A DNA stretch of 64,000 bases from an uncultured Gammaproteobacteria bacterium (lineage in GTDB: Bacteria > Patescibacteriota > Patescibacteriia > Buchananbacterales > UBA6539), in NCBI GenBank assembly GCA_964535715.1, contig CAZHUO010000001.1, forward strand, positions 31,696 through 95,695. Direction: 5' to 3'. Below the pieces are notes generated by a model, which searched no databases, was not told where the DNA came from, and saw only the letters and a list, made by a program, of their open reading frames with translations. A program made the position numbers and the translations under genes. This document shows positions 49,060 to 60,676 of this stretch, one piece after another. Positions within the stretch are counted from its first letter, which is position 1. Every line of letters starts with the position of its first letter.

Positions 49060-51318
49060 ATGAATTTAAAAATTAAAAAAATATTTCCGCCGATTTTTCT
49101 GCTTATTTTGATTGTAATATTTTTATCGCCTTATTTATTCAGCCAAAATATTCCTTATGTCGGTGATTTTACCGGCAGTGATTTAACCGAACTTAATTTG
49201 CCGTTTCGTTATCTTTCATCATTGGCCTTAAAAAACGGTGAGATTCCTCATTTGACAGGGCTTTTGGCCAATGGCTTGCCGATTTTAGCCGAAGGCCAGG
49301 CAGGCGTTTTTTATCCGCTAAATTTTTTGTATATTTTTTTGCCGTTTTTTCTGGCAGTTAATTTGGCCCTGCTTTTGAATTTTTTTCTGGCCGGATTTTT
49401 CAGCTATATTTATTTCCGCATTTTGAAAATAAGCCAGATGGGTTCGCTTTTGGCCGCCGTCTCATTTTGTTTCAGCGGCTTTTTTATTTTCCGGCTCAAA
49501 CATTTGAATATGATTAATTCGGCAATTTGGCTACCGCTTGAGCTTTATCTTGTGGAGAGATATTTTTCCGAAAAAAAATCAAAGGCGATAAATTTGATTC
49601 TTTTAGCTTTGGTTTTTGCGCTTCAGTTTTTTGCCGGCCATCCCCAGATTTTTTATATATCTTTTTTGTCGGTATTTTTATATTTTTGCCTTAAGATTAT
49701 TTTTGCCAGCAAGGAAAAATTTTTCAGCAAATTAAAAGAAATTATTTTATTCTGGGTATTTGTGACAATTATTTTTTGTTCTGTTTCGGCAATCCAGCTG
49801 GTGCCCACATTTTTTTATGCCAAAGATTCTAGCCGTGGATTTGTGATGGATTATCTGCATACAAAGGAATTTCCTTATTTGGTCTCAAGCCTTCAATATT
49901 TTGTTTCCCCTTATTTTTTAGGAAATCCCTCAATAAACACTTATCCATCGGACAGGATAAAGGAATTCGGAGTTTTTTGGGAAAATAATTTTTATTTTGG
50001 CCTGCTGCCTCTTTTATTGGCTATTTATGCTTTATTATTCTTGTTTTTTAAAAAATTACAGGTAAGGATCTTATTTTTCCTGATTTTTTTGTCGCTACTT
50101 TTAAGCTTCGGGGCTTCTAATCCTCTTTTTCTTATTTTTTGGGAGCTTATTCCCGGATTTAAAATTTTCAGATTTCCGCAGAGGTTTATGATATTAGGCC
50201 TTGTCTGCCTGGCAGCATTAGCGGGTTTTGGTTTTGATTTTTTTTGGGACAAAATAAAAAAAAGCGCGGAAAAATTTAATTTTCTAAAAAATTCTAAATT
50301 ACTGTTTAATTCACTTCTGCCGCTTGTAATAATAATTATTATTGCCGCCGACTTGTTTTTAGTTGCCTATTCCTATCTTGGAGTTTTGGATTATAAGAAA
50401 TATTTCATTGACGAACCCAAAAGCGTAGAATTTTTAAAACAGGATAAGGATCATTATAAAATTTACAGTCTTGGCTGGCCTGAAGCTTGGAATCATATAA
50501 ATAATATTTCCGGAGGCTGGCAGAATAATTTTTCACTTTTTATTTCCGGCCGAGAGCTTTTACCGCCAAATTTAAATGTTTTTTGGGGAATTTCTTCAAT
50601 TCAAGATCGGGCATCTTTGGAAGGCGGAATGATTTCCAATGAATTATTCAATTTATCTTATTTATTGGATCAAAGTTTTAAAAAAAACGGGGAAGTAATT
50701 TTTGTTTCAGAGCAAACGCTTAAAATTTTGGGAATGCAAAATGTTAAATATCTGCTATCTTTTAGAGTTGTTAATTCGAATAATTTGATTTTAGTAAAAG
50801 AGATAAAAAATGATTTTTTGCCTTCTTTAAAAATTTACAAAAATAATTATTTTTTGCCTTTTGCTTTCGATGTTTTTAAAACAAGACGGGTCGAAGAAAA
50901 AAAGGAAATAGTCAAAGAATTATTTGATTTGAATTTTAATCCAAGTAATGAAATTATTTTGGATGAAGATTCACTTAATTATGAAAAAGATGGCCAAAAA
51001 GCTATTTTGGATTTTTATGAAAGAAGCAATAGCCGCTATGCCATTAATGTAGATTTCAGCCATGATGGCTACCTCTTTTTAAGCCAGTCTTTTGATAAAT
51101 TTTGGCAGGCTGAAATCGATGGGATCAAGTCTAATTTATTAAGAGCAAATTATGCCTTTATCGCCTTAAAAATATCTGCCGGTAGACACAATATTGTTTT
51201 TACTTACAAGCCTTTATATTACACGATAGGCAAATGGATAACTATTGTTTCTCTGATTTTTTTGGTTTTATTTCTATTTTATCATTATTTATTTAAGGAA
51301 AAAATAAATGAAAAATAA
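49060..51318 (+). CDS. YfhO-like GT-C membrane glycosyltransferase
   Basis: G.P.LA..Q...FYPLN, AGHPQ, RFPQRF, C-terminal W.A.IDG...RANYAF.AL...G.H.IVF.Y.P. Confidence 0.8.
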   Translation: MNLKIKKIFPPIFLLILIVIFLSPYLFSQNIPYVGDFTGSDLTELNLPFRYLSSLALKNGEIPHLTGLLANGLPILAEGQAGVFYPLNFLYIFLPFFLAVNLALLLNFFLAGFFSYIYFRILKISQMGSLLAAVSFCFSGFFIFRLKHLNMINSAIWLPLELYLVERYFSEKKSKAINLILLALVFALQFFAGHPQIFYISFLSVFLYFCLKIIFASKEKFFSKLKEIILFWVFVTIIFCSVSAIQLVPTFFYAKDSSRGFVMDYLHTKEFPYLVSSLQYFVSPYFLGNPSINTYPSDRIKEFGVFWENNFYFGLLPLLLAIYALLFLFFKKLQVRILFFLIFLSLLLSFGASNPLFLIFWELIPGFKIFRFPQRFMILGLVCLAALAGFGFDFFWDKIKKSAEKFNFLKNSKLLFNSLLPLVIIIIIAADLFLVAYSYLGVLDYKKYFIDEPKSVEFLKQDKDHYKIYSLGWPEAWNHINNISGGWQNNFSLFISGRELLPPNLNVFWGISSIQDRASLEGGMISNELFNLSYLLDQSFKKNGEVIFVSEQTLKILGMQNVKYLLSFRVVNSNNLILVKEIKNDFLPSLKIYKNNYFLPFAFDVFKTRRVEEKKEIVKELFDLNFNPSNEIILDEDSLNYEKDGQKAILDFYERSNSRYAINVDFSHDGYLFLSQSFDKFWQAEIDGIKSNLLRANYAFIALKISAGRHNIVFTYKPLYYTIGKWITIVSLIFLVLFLFYHYLFKEKINEK

Positions 51319-53116
51319 ATTAATAAGAAATAATTTTTTATATTTTTGCTTGGCTTTTTTTGTTCCAATGTCAATATATCTTTTAACCTTGGCCCCAACA
51401 GTTACTGTTGAAGACAGCGGTGAATTAATCACCGCCGCCTATACTCTTGGCATTCCTCATCCTTCTGGCTATCCGTTATATGCAATTTTAGGAAAAATTT
51501 TTACCTATATTCCTTTTGGCACGATTGCTTGGCGGGTCAATCTGATGTCTGCATTTTTTGGTGCACTGTCCGTAGCGTTGCTTTATTTAGTTATTGAAAG
51601 GTTAACCAAAAATAAGCTGATTTCATTTTTTTCATCTTTGATTTTTGCTTTTTCTCCGATTTTTTGGTCGCAATGCGTTATTGCCGAAGTATATACAATA
51701 AATACTTTTTTCACTGCTCTGCTGATTTTTATTCTTTTATGCTGGGCGGAAAAACAAGATAAAAAATATCTTCTTTGGTTTTCATTCTTATTCGGATTAA
51801 GCCTGACTAACCATACGGCAATGATTCTTTTTGCGCCGGTATTTGCCATATTTATAGTTTCTCATAGAATGGAAATCATTAAGGAATGGAGATTAATTGT
51901 TTATATGCTTGCATTATTTTTAGCCGGACTTTTGCTTTATTTTTATATTCCTCTTCGAGCTTGGCAAAGAGCGGATTTCAACTGGGGACCGATTACAAAT
52001 TGGATTGACGTATTGGCTCATATCAGCCGTCAGCAATATAATGATTTTTCACCCCTTAAAAGCATGTATAGCAAGCTTGGGATAATGATTTATTTTTTTG
52101 TTGAAATAGCCAATCAGTTTTACATTCCTTCCTTGATTTTAGCGTTAATTGGCGCTGCGGCTCTTTGGCTTAAAGATAAAAAAACCGCCTGGCTTACGAC
52201 CGGAATTTTTTTAGGCAGCAGCATCGTTATAATCTATTTAAGGAAATTCGGCTTTGTTTTGGGAATAGAATACACCTATAGAGTATATTACCTGCCGGCA
52301 TTTCTAATTGTGGTTGTCTGGCTTGGGATAATTATTAATTATCTTTATGTGTTTTTGCCGGAAATTTTAAAAAACAAAGCGCTTGTAAATTTAACCAAAG
52401 GCCTTTTTTGGCTGGTTTTAATTTCATTGCCCCTAAGCTTTCTTGTTGGCAATTATAAAAAAGCGGATATGAGCTCTTTTTGGCTGGTTTATGATTATTC
52501 TAAAAATCTATTAGACAGTATGGAACCAAACAGCGTTTACTATTTTTCCAATGACGGCAGCCTGTCGGGCGATACCGAAATATTCAGCCTCGTCTATTTA
52601 AAAATGGTTGAAAATTATCGTAGCGACATTGACATCGTCTCCGAACATAGGTTTTTTTATAAAGATATAAATTTAACTCTGCCAAAAAGCTTTTTTAAGC
52701 TTGATTTTGACGAAAAAAGAAAAAATTTTTTTAATCTTTTGGCCGAAATAAAAGATAGGCCTTTATATACGACTTTTGCGATTACTGAAAAAGAAAGCGA
52801 TTTGGGCTTATTCAGCCTTTCAAACGGGTATGTTCATCGAATTTACAGAAGCTTAGAAGAAGCCAAAAAGGCTGAGCTGAAAGTAATTTTACCGCCGATA
52901 AGAAATATTTCGGAGATTGACGGCCAAAGCGATTATTCGCTTACCGGGATCGCTTCGCGCTACAATTATAATTTAGCATATTTATATTTAGCGCTTGGCC
53001 AAAAAGAAGAATCGCAAAGGCGTTTGATAAATGCTTTTAATTTTGATATTGCTCCGTTTAATCATGAATACCGCCGATTTATTGATTATCGGTCTGAATG
53101 GCTTGGCGATAATTAA
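51308..53116 (+). CDS. DUF2723 (TMEM260-like) GT-C glycosyltransferase
   Basis: TLAPTV..DSGEL..AAY.LGIPHPSGYPLY, AEVY, GLSLTNH. Confidence 0.85.
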   Translation: MKNKLIRNNFLYFCLAFFVPMSIYLLTLAPTVTVEDSGELITAAYTLGIPHPSGYPLYAILGKIFTYIPFGTIAWRVNLMSAFFGALSVALLYLVIERLTKNKLISFFSSLIFAFSPIFWSQCVIAEVYTINTFFTALLIFILLCWAEKQDKKYLLWFSFLFGLSLTNHTAMILFAPVFAIFIVSHRMEIIKEWRLIVYMLALFLAGLLLYFYIPLRAWQRADFNWGPITNWIDVLAHISRQQYNDFSPLKSMYSKLGIMIYFFVEIANQFYIPSLILALIGAAALWLKDKKTAWLTTGIFLGSSIVIIYLRKFGFVLGIEYTYRVYYLPAFLIVVVWLGIIINYLYVFLPEILKNKALVNLTKGLFWLVLISLPLSFLVGNYKKADMSSFWLVYDYSKNLLDSMEPNSVYYFSNDGSLSGDTEIFSLVYLKMVENYRSDIDIVSEHRFFYKDINLTLPKSFFKLDFDEKRKNFFNLLAEIKDRPLYTTFAITEKESDLGLFSLSNGYVHRIYRSLEEAKKAELKVILPPIRNISEIDGQSDYSLTGIASRYNYNLAYLYLALGQKEESQRRLINAFNFDIAPFNHEYRRFIDYRSEWLGDN

Positions 53117-53219
53117 AGAAGAAAATTAAAATAGTACTCCTATTTTTACTCAATATCTGTTTTTTGATTTTTAAATATGCTATGATTAAATTAAGTGTTT
53201 TTACTTTTTTTGCAAAGAA

Positions 53220-53720
53220 ATGAAAAAAAATATATCAGACAAAAATGGATTTACCCTTATGGAGCTGATAGTGGTAGTTGCCATTATCGGAATTTTATCA
53301 ACTGCAGGCATTATTGCTTTTGGCATGACCAGGCAAAAATCCAGAGATGCAAAAAGGCTAGCCGACATTAAACAGATTCAGAATTCTTTGGGACTTTATT
53401 ATGCCGATAAAAATCAATATCCGCCCCAGGGAATAGGAGGCTATGTTTTGGGAAGCGACGTTTTATGTCTTGACTCCGCTGGTTTTAGTTCAGAATGTTT
53501 TAGTAATATTTATATGAAGTCAGTTCCTTCAAACCCTTTGCCTAAAGGCCAGGGCTATCTATATAATTCATATGCTGCTGACGGCAGCCAATGCAGCAAC
53601 GGTTTAAACCAGCTATGCATTAATTACAGCATTATTTTTGCTCTGGAGGGTAAGACTCAAGAGCTAGGGGATCCTGGCATTTTTATTGCCAACCAAAATG
53701 GGATTAAAGCTCAGCAATGA
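53220..53720 (+). CDS. Second type IV pilin
   Basis: NG/FTLMELIVV; RDAKRLADIKQIQ shared with the 48527 pilin. Confidence 0.9.
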   Translation: MKKNISDKNGFTLMELIVVVAIIGILSTAGIIAFGMTRQKSRDAKRLADIKQIQNSLGLYYADKNQYPPQGIGGYVLGSDVLCLDSAGFSSECFSNIYMKSVPSNPLPKGQGYLYNSYAADGSQCSNGLNQLCINYSIIFALEGKTQELGDPGIFIANQNGIKAQQ

Positions 53721-53848
53721 GTTTTACAATTTTGCCTGTAAAATACCGAAAATCCAGCTTAATATTGCTTTAAAAAATCCGCTTTCAAGTCGGTTTTTTT
53801 TAAAAAAAGTAGTTTGCTAAATTTGGAGTATCGGGGTAAAATTATTCT

Positions 53849-54595
53849 ATGGAAGGCTTATTCATTTTCATATTTGGTTTGATGATCGGCAGTTTTTTAA
53901 ATGTCGTAATTTTTCGTCTGGAAAAAAACAAGTCTTTTATTTTCGGGCGTTCGGCTTGTCGAAGCTGCGGCGGTAAAATTCTTTGGTACGATAATATTCC
54001 TGTTTTAAGCTTTATTTTTTTGCGGGGAAAATGCCGCAATTGCAAAAAATCGATTTCTTGGCAATATCCTTTGGTTGAGCTTGCGTGCGGGATTATCTTT
54101 TTTTGGCTTTATTCTTATTTTGGGATAAGTTTCAAATTTTTCAGCTTTTTGGTTTTCAGCTGCTTTCTTTTGGTTATATTTGTTTATGACCTCAAGCACT
54201 ATTTGATTTTGGATAAAGTCAGCATTTTGGCGATGGCTGCCGCTTTGGCATTAAATTTATTTTCCGACATTGGTTTTTTGAATTTAATTTTTGCCGCAAT
54301 TGCCGGCGGCGGTTTTTTTGCTTTTCAGTTTTTTGTTTCAAAGGGAAAATGGGTAGGTGACGGCGATATAAGGCTTGGCATTTTAATGGGCTTGATGCTT
54401 GGACTAAAGATGCTTTTAGTCGCTTTATTTTTAGCTTATATAATAGGATCTTTTGTTGGCATTTTTTTGATAATGTTTAAGCGGAAAAAAATGTCTTCCC
54501 AGGTTCCTTTTGGGCCATTTTTAGCATTAGCCACTTTTATTGTCTTAATTTACGGAGAAGAAATTTTAAACTGGTATATTAATTTATTGCATTAA
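53849..54595 (+). CDS. pilD: Prepilin peptidase
   Basis: GSFLNVVIFR, RSAC..C, YDNIP..C..C, GDGD, PFGPFL. Confidence 0.95.
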   Translation: MEGLFIFIFGLMIGSFLNVVIFRLEKNKSFIFGRSACRSCGGKILWYDNIPVLSFIFLRGKCRNCKKSISWQYPLVELACGIIFFWLYSYFGISFKFFSFLVFSCFLLVIFVYDLKHYLILDKVSILAMAAALALNLFSDIGFLNLIFAAIAGGGFFAFQFFVSKGKWVGDGDIRLGILMGLMLGLKMLLVALFLAYIIGSFVGIFLIMFKRKKMSSQVPFGPFLALATFIVLIYGEEILNWYINLLH

Positions 54596-55209
54596 TGAAT
54601 CATTTAAAAAAAAATGAAGGATTTACAATGATTGAGCTGATTATTTCAGCGTCAGTTATTGTTATAATTTTTTCGTTTATTTTGGCAAATTTTAAAATCA
54701 GCCAAACAAAAGCCGGATTGGATTTTTCATTAAAACAGATAATAAACGGAATAGAGACTGCCCGCGGATTTACGCTGGGCGGAAAAATATTGGCTTTAGG
54801 TTTTTTTCCGGCGGGCGGCTATGGCATTGAGTTTAGAGCCAATCCTTCAAGCTATCAAATTTTTGCAATTCCTTCATTAGGTGGCGAAAATTATCCTTTA
54901 AGCAATGAGCATAAGGAATTTTCACAGATTGATTTTATTTCGCCTATTCCTTCTACTCCGCAATTCGGATTTATTGCTACGGCTGATATTGATCAAAATC
55001 CATGTTATATAGGAAATTATTTTCGAATAGTTTTTCAAAGCCCGCAATTAATTTATGCCGAATGGGACAAAGAAAATTATCCTTGTAATGAAATACCGGA
55101 AATAAAATATGTTGCCGGCATGCTCAAAGATAAAACAAACGGCAGGCAATCTTATTTTTTTGTTTCGCTGGTCTCCGGTTCTGTCTTCGGCAGTTTAAAT
55201 TATGATTAA
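54595..55209 (+). CDS. Minor pilin (FimT/FimU-like)
   Basis: EG/FTMIELII. Confidence 0.8.
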   Translation: MNHLKKNEGFTMIELIISASVIVIIFSFILANFKISQTKAGLDFSLKQIINGIETARGFTLGGKILALGFFPAGGYGIEFRANPSSYQIFAIPSLGGENYPLSNEHKEFSQIDFISPIPSTPQFGFIATADIDQNPCYIGNYFRIVFQSPQLIYAEWDKENYPCNEIPEIKYVAGMLKDKTNGRQSYFFVSLVSGSVFGSLNYD

Positions 55210-55774
55210 TTATAAAAAAAATAGAGGTCAAAGTTTAGTTGAAGTAGTCGCCGCTATCGGGATTTTTTTAATGGTTGTGTCGGTGATTTTGGCTTTAACG
55301 GCCACAAATATTGCCGGACAAAAAACAAGCGAATTTCAGATAATTGCAAATAATTTAGCCAGAGAAGGAATAGAGGTTGTAAGGAATATCAGAGACAGTA
55401 ACTGGCTCATAGGAAATGATTGGGATTTGGGGCTTAAGGGGTCGGTATTAAATCAGAATAATGAGGCAGTAGCAGTTTTTAAAGATGGCAATTGGGTGCT
55501 TGACTTGCCGAACAATGATTCGCTTTATCTTTCGGAATCTGGAATTTACAGCCATGAAAGTGATGGCGGAACATTAACTGTTTTTTCCCGCCGACTTACT
55601 TTGGATAATATCTGCATAAATGATGCAACTGGCGAGGAAGGCATAACAAAGCAGCTGTGCAGCGATCAGGGAAAAAGAAAAATCGGCATAAAAATAAGTT
55701 CTGAAGTAAGATGGTTTGAAAGGGGCAGTGAAAAAAAATTAGTTTTGGAAAATTTAATTTATGATTGGAAATAG
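55202..55774 (+). CDS. Minor pilin (PilV-like)
   Basis: RG/QSLVEVV, LAREGIEVVRNIRD. Confidence 0.8.
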   Translation: MINYKKNRGQSLVEVVAAIGIFLMVVSVILALTATNIAGQKTSEFQIIANNLAREGIEVVRNIRDSNWLIGNDWDLGLKGSVLNQNNEAVAVFKDGNWVLDLPNNDSLYLSESGIYSHESDGGTLTVFSRRLTLDNICINDATGEEGITKQLCSDQGKRKIGIKISSEVRWFERGSEKKLVLENLIYDWK

Positions 55775-56621
55775 AATTACAAGAAAACCCGTCTCGCCTT
55801 CGGCTCGCCGAGGCGGACAAAAAAACAATAAATCCCGCCTACGCCCTATGGTCTTCGGCGGACAGGCAAAAAAACAAGCTGGATTTACTTTGGTTGAAAT
55901 TTTAGTAGTAATGGCCGTTTTTGCCGTCTTGGGAGTTTTATTGGTGAATATTTTTATTATGGCTTTACAGTCGCAACGGCAAACTTCAAGCCGGCAAAAA
56001 GCTTTGGGCGCGATTCGCTATGTGGCTGAAAATATTTCTCGGCAGATCAGAACTTCAGAAATAAATTATGATTATTACCAAGCAAATCAGGGAATTATTA
56101 ATCCGCAAGAATCTTTAGCTTTGATAAACCAGCAGGGTGAAACTTATGTTTACCAAAAGTTTCAAGATGAAAATGGAAAAAATTATATCGGCGCGGCAAT
56201 TACAAAAAATGGGTATACCGATTATGCTCTTTTGACAAATCCGAGAGAAATTGATGTAAAAAGATTTGATTTCTATATTAATCCGATTTCTAATCCATTT
56301 TTACAGGAAAGGTGCAATCAGCCGTCAGATTGCATTAGAAACAGCTGTACGATCGATGATTCAATCGGTGATAAGTCCGGTTTTTGTTGCTGCATTCAAG
56401 ATAGCGATTGTTTAAGCAAAAATTGCGATTTAAGCGAGGAATCTCAAAATCTATTTAATCAGTATTGCGGACAAAATGGTTTTGGCGGAACATGTTTGGA
56501 GATTAATGCCCAGCCTAAAGTAACGATAGTCTTAGAATTTGAATCTGTCAGTTTAAAAATTAATGAGCGGAAAACAATAAATTTTCAAACGACGGTTTCC
56601 AGCCGAGTTTATAAAAGATAA
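55761..56621 (+). CDS. Minor pilin (PilW-like) with Cys-rich insert and extended leader
   Basis: AG/FTLVEILV; C-terminal FQTTVSSR. Confidence 0.8.
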   Translation: MIGNRITRKPVSPSARRGGQKNNKSRLRPMVFGGQAKKQAGFTLVEILVVMAVFAVLGVLLVNIFIMALQSQRQTSSRQKALGAIRYVAENISRQIRTSEINYDYYQANQGIINPQESLALINQQGETYVYQKFQDENGKNYIGAAITKNGYTDYALLTNPREIDVKRFDFYINPISNPFLQERCNQPSDCIRNSCTIDDSIGDKSGFCCCIQDSDCLSKNCDLSEESQNLFNQYCGQNGFGGTCLEINAQPKVTIVLEFESVSLKINERKTINFQTTVSSRVYKR

Positions 56622-56623
56622 TT

Positions 56624-59604
<2,981 letters not shown>

Positions 59605-59681
59605 GATTAGTATTTTTAAAATATTGCTATAAGCCGCAGGATAGTCTGCTTGCCGTTTTCAAAATTAAGATATTCGAAATT

Positions 59682-59912
59682 GAATCTGCGCCAAAGGCGC
59701 ATCCTAAGCCACATCCCCGCCATAGGCGGACAAGCGCCTCTGGCGGAAAAATTTAAAATTCAAAATTTTTTTGTCCAGGGTTAAAACCCTGGTCTAATAT
59801 TACAAAATCCCCTAAAGGGGATTAATTATATCAACCCACTTTTCCGCCGAAGGCGGATACGCCTCTGGCGTAAGTGGGTTTTAAAAATTAGCCATAGATT
59901 TCAATCTATGGC
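59682..59912. repeat. Cluster of short REP-like hairpins
   Basis: CGCC.AAGGCG..CGCCTCTGGCG doublets, CCAGGGTT-AA-AACCCTGG, AATCCCCT-A-AAGGGGATT, GCCATAGAT..ATCTATGGC. Confidence 0.75.
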
Positions 59913-59933
59913 GTTTGGTTAAATAAAAAAAGA

Positions 59934-60331
59934 GCCCCTGGCATAAGTAATCGGTGGCTCGGGGGCAAAGCGCGATTAGAGAAACTTAAATGCCAGGGGC
60001 AAAAATTGAACAGGGCGGCTGAAAGAAACATTTTTGGTCGGCTCTTGGGCGTACAGCAAGACTAGCTGTTGTAGAACCGGCCTGTCAATTTAGGCAGCCG
60101 CCCTGAAAAAAAATAAGGAGCAGAGTGCCTCTGGCATTTAGGTTTGTGAGGGGGGGGCGGAAGGGGAGGAAAGGGAAAAAAACCTAGAATGCCAGAGGCA
60201 AAAAATTGGTCGGAGCGGCTAAATGCCACGCCATCGCAAGCAAAAAATATTTATTCACGGCGGACGCGCTTCAGCAATGACTCATCATTGCCATATTGCT
60301 TGTGCAGGAGGCTAAATTTTAGCCGCTCCGA
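59934..60331 (-). ncRNA. Four consecutive long-stem structured RNAs (A 59934-60000, B 60011-60105, C 60126-60200, D 60207-60331)
   Basis: Perfect 11-14 bp GC-rich closing stems separated by A-runs (U-runs on minus); A resembles C, B resembles D; D ends in ACCA on minus. Confidence 0.6.
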
Positions 60332-60347
60332 TATTGTGTTTTAGGAA

Positions 60348-60425
60348 TGGTGTGACCGGCAGGATTTGAACCCGCAACCTCTTTCATAATAAGAAAGCAT
60401 TCTAGTTCAGCTGAGCTGCGGCCAC
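60348..60425 (-). tRNA. Atypical/pseudo tRNA with ATT anticodon and encoded CCA
   Basis: GTGGCCG/CGGTCAC-A-CCA, CTTTC-TTATTAT-GAAAG, GCGGG-TTCAAAT-CCTGC; C at position 8, weak D stem, no GG in D loop. Confidence 0.7.
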
Positions 60426-60432
60426 ACTTAAA

Positions 60433-60498
60433 GGAGTAGGAACGATTTTATTCGTTTCCAGGAAACAGCCCTGTTCCTGCTCAAATATGAGCTACTCC
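60433..60498 (-). ncRNA. Cloverleaf-shaped RNA lacking tRNA consensus loops
   Basis: GGAGTAG/CTACTCC closing stem with three arms CTCA/TGAG, CAGGAA../..TTCCTG, AACGA/TCGTT. Confidence 0.5.
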
Positions 60499-60522
60499 AA
60501 CCCCAACCGAAATGATAAAGAT

Positions 60523-60551
60523 AAGATATTATATTACGAATGTTTTGTCAA
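60523..60551 (-). promoter_or_regulatory. Putative sigma70 promoter of RNA array 1
   Basis: TTGACA-17 bp-TATCTT on minus. Confidence 0.65.
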
Positions 60552-60676
60552 GTATTTTAAGAAAAAAGCGAGCAGATGTCTTTTTGACAAACAACTCGCC
60601 CGTCTGCTGATTAGTTTGAATCAGCTGCTCATTTCCTTGAAATTGACAAGCATCATAGGCGTCTAATATTAAAGAA

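Noticed and set aside
59934-60331. Simple rho-independent terminators
   Set aside because: Loops are 45-95 nt, units are stacked four in a row with no genes between them, and one ends in ACCA; only the last unit of each array plausibly terminates
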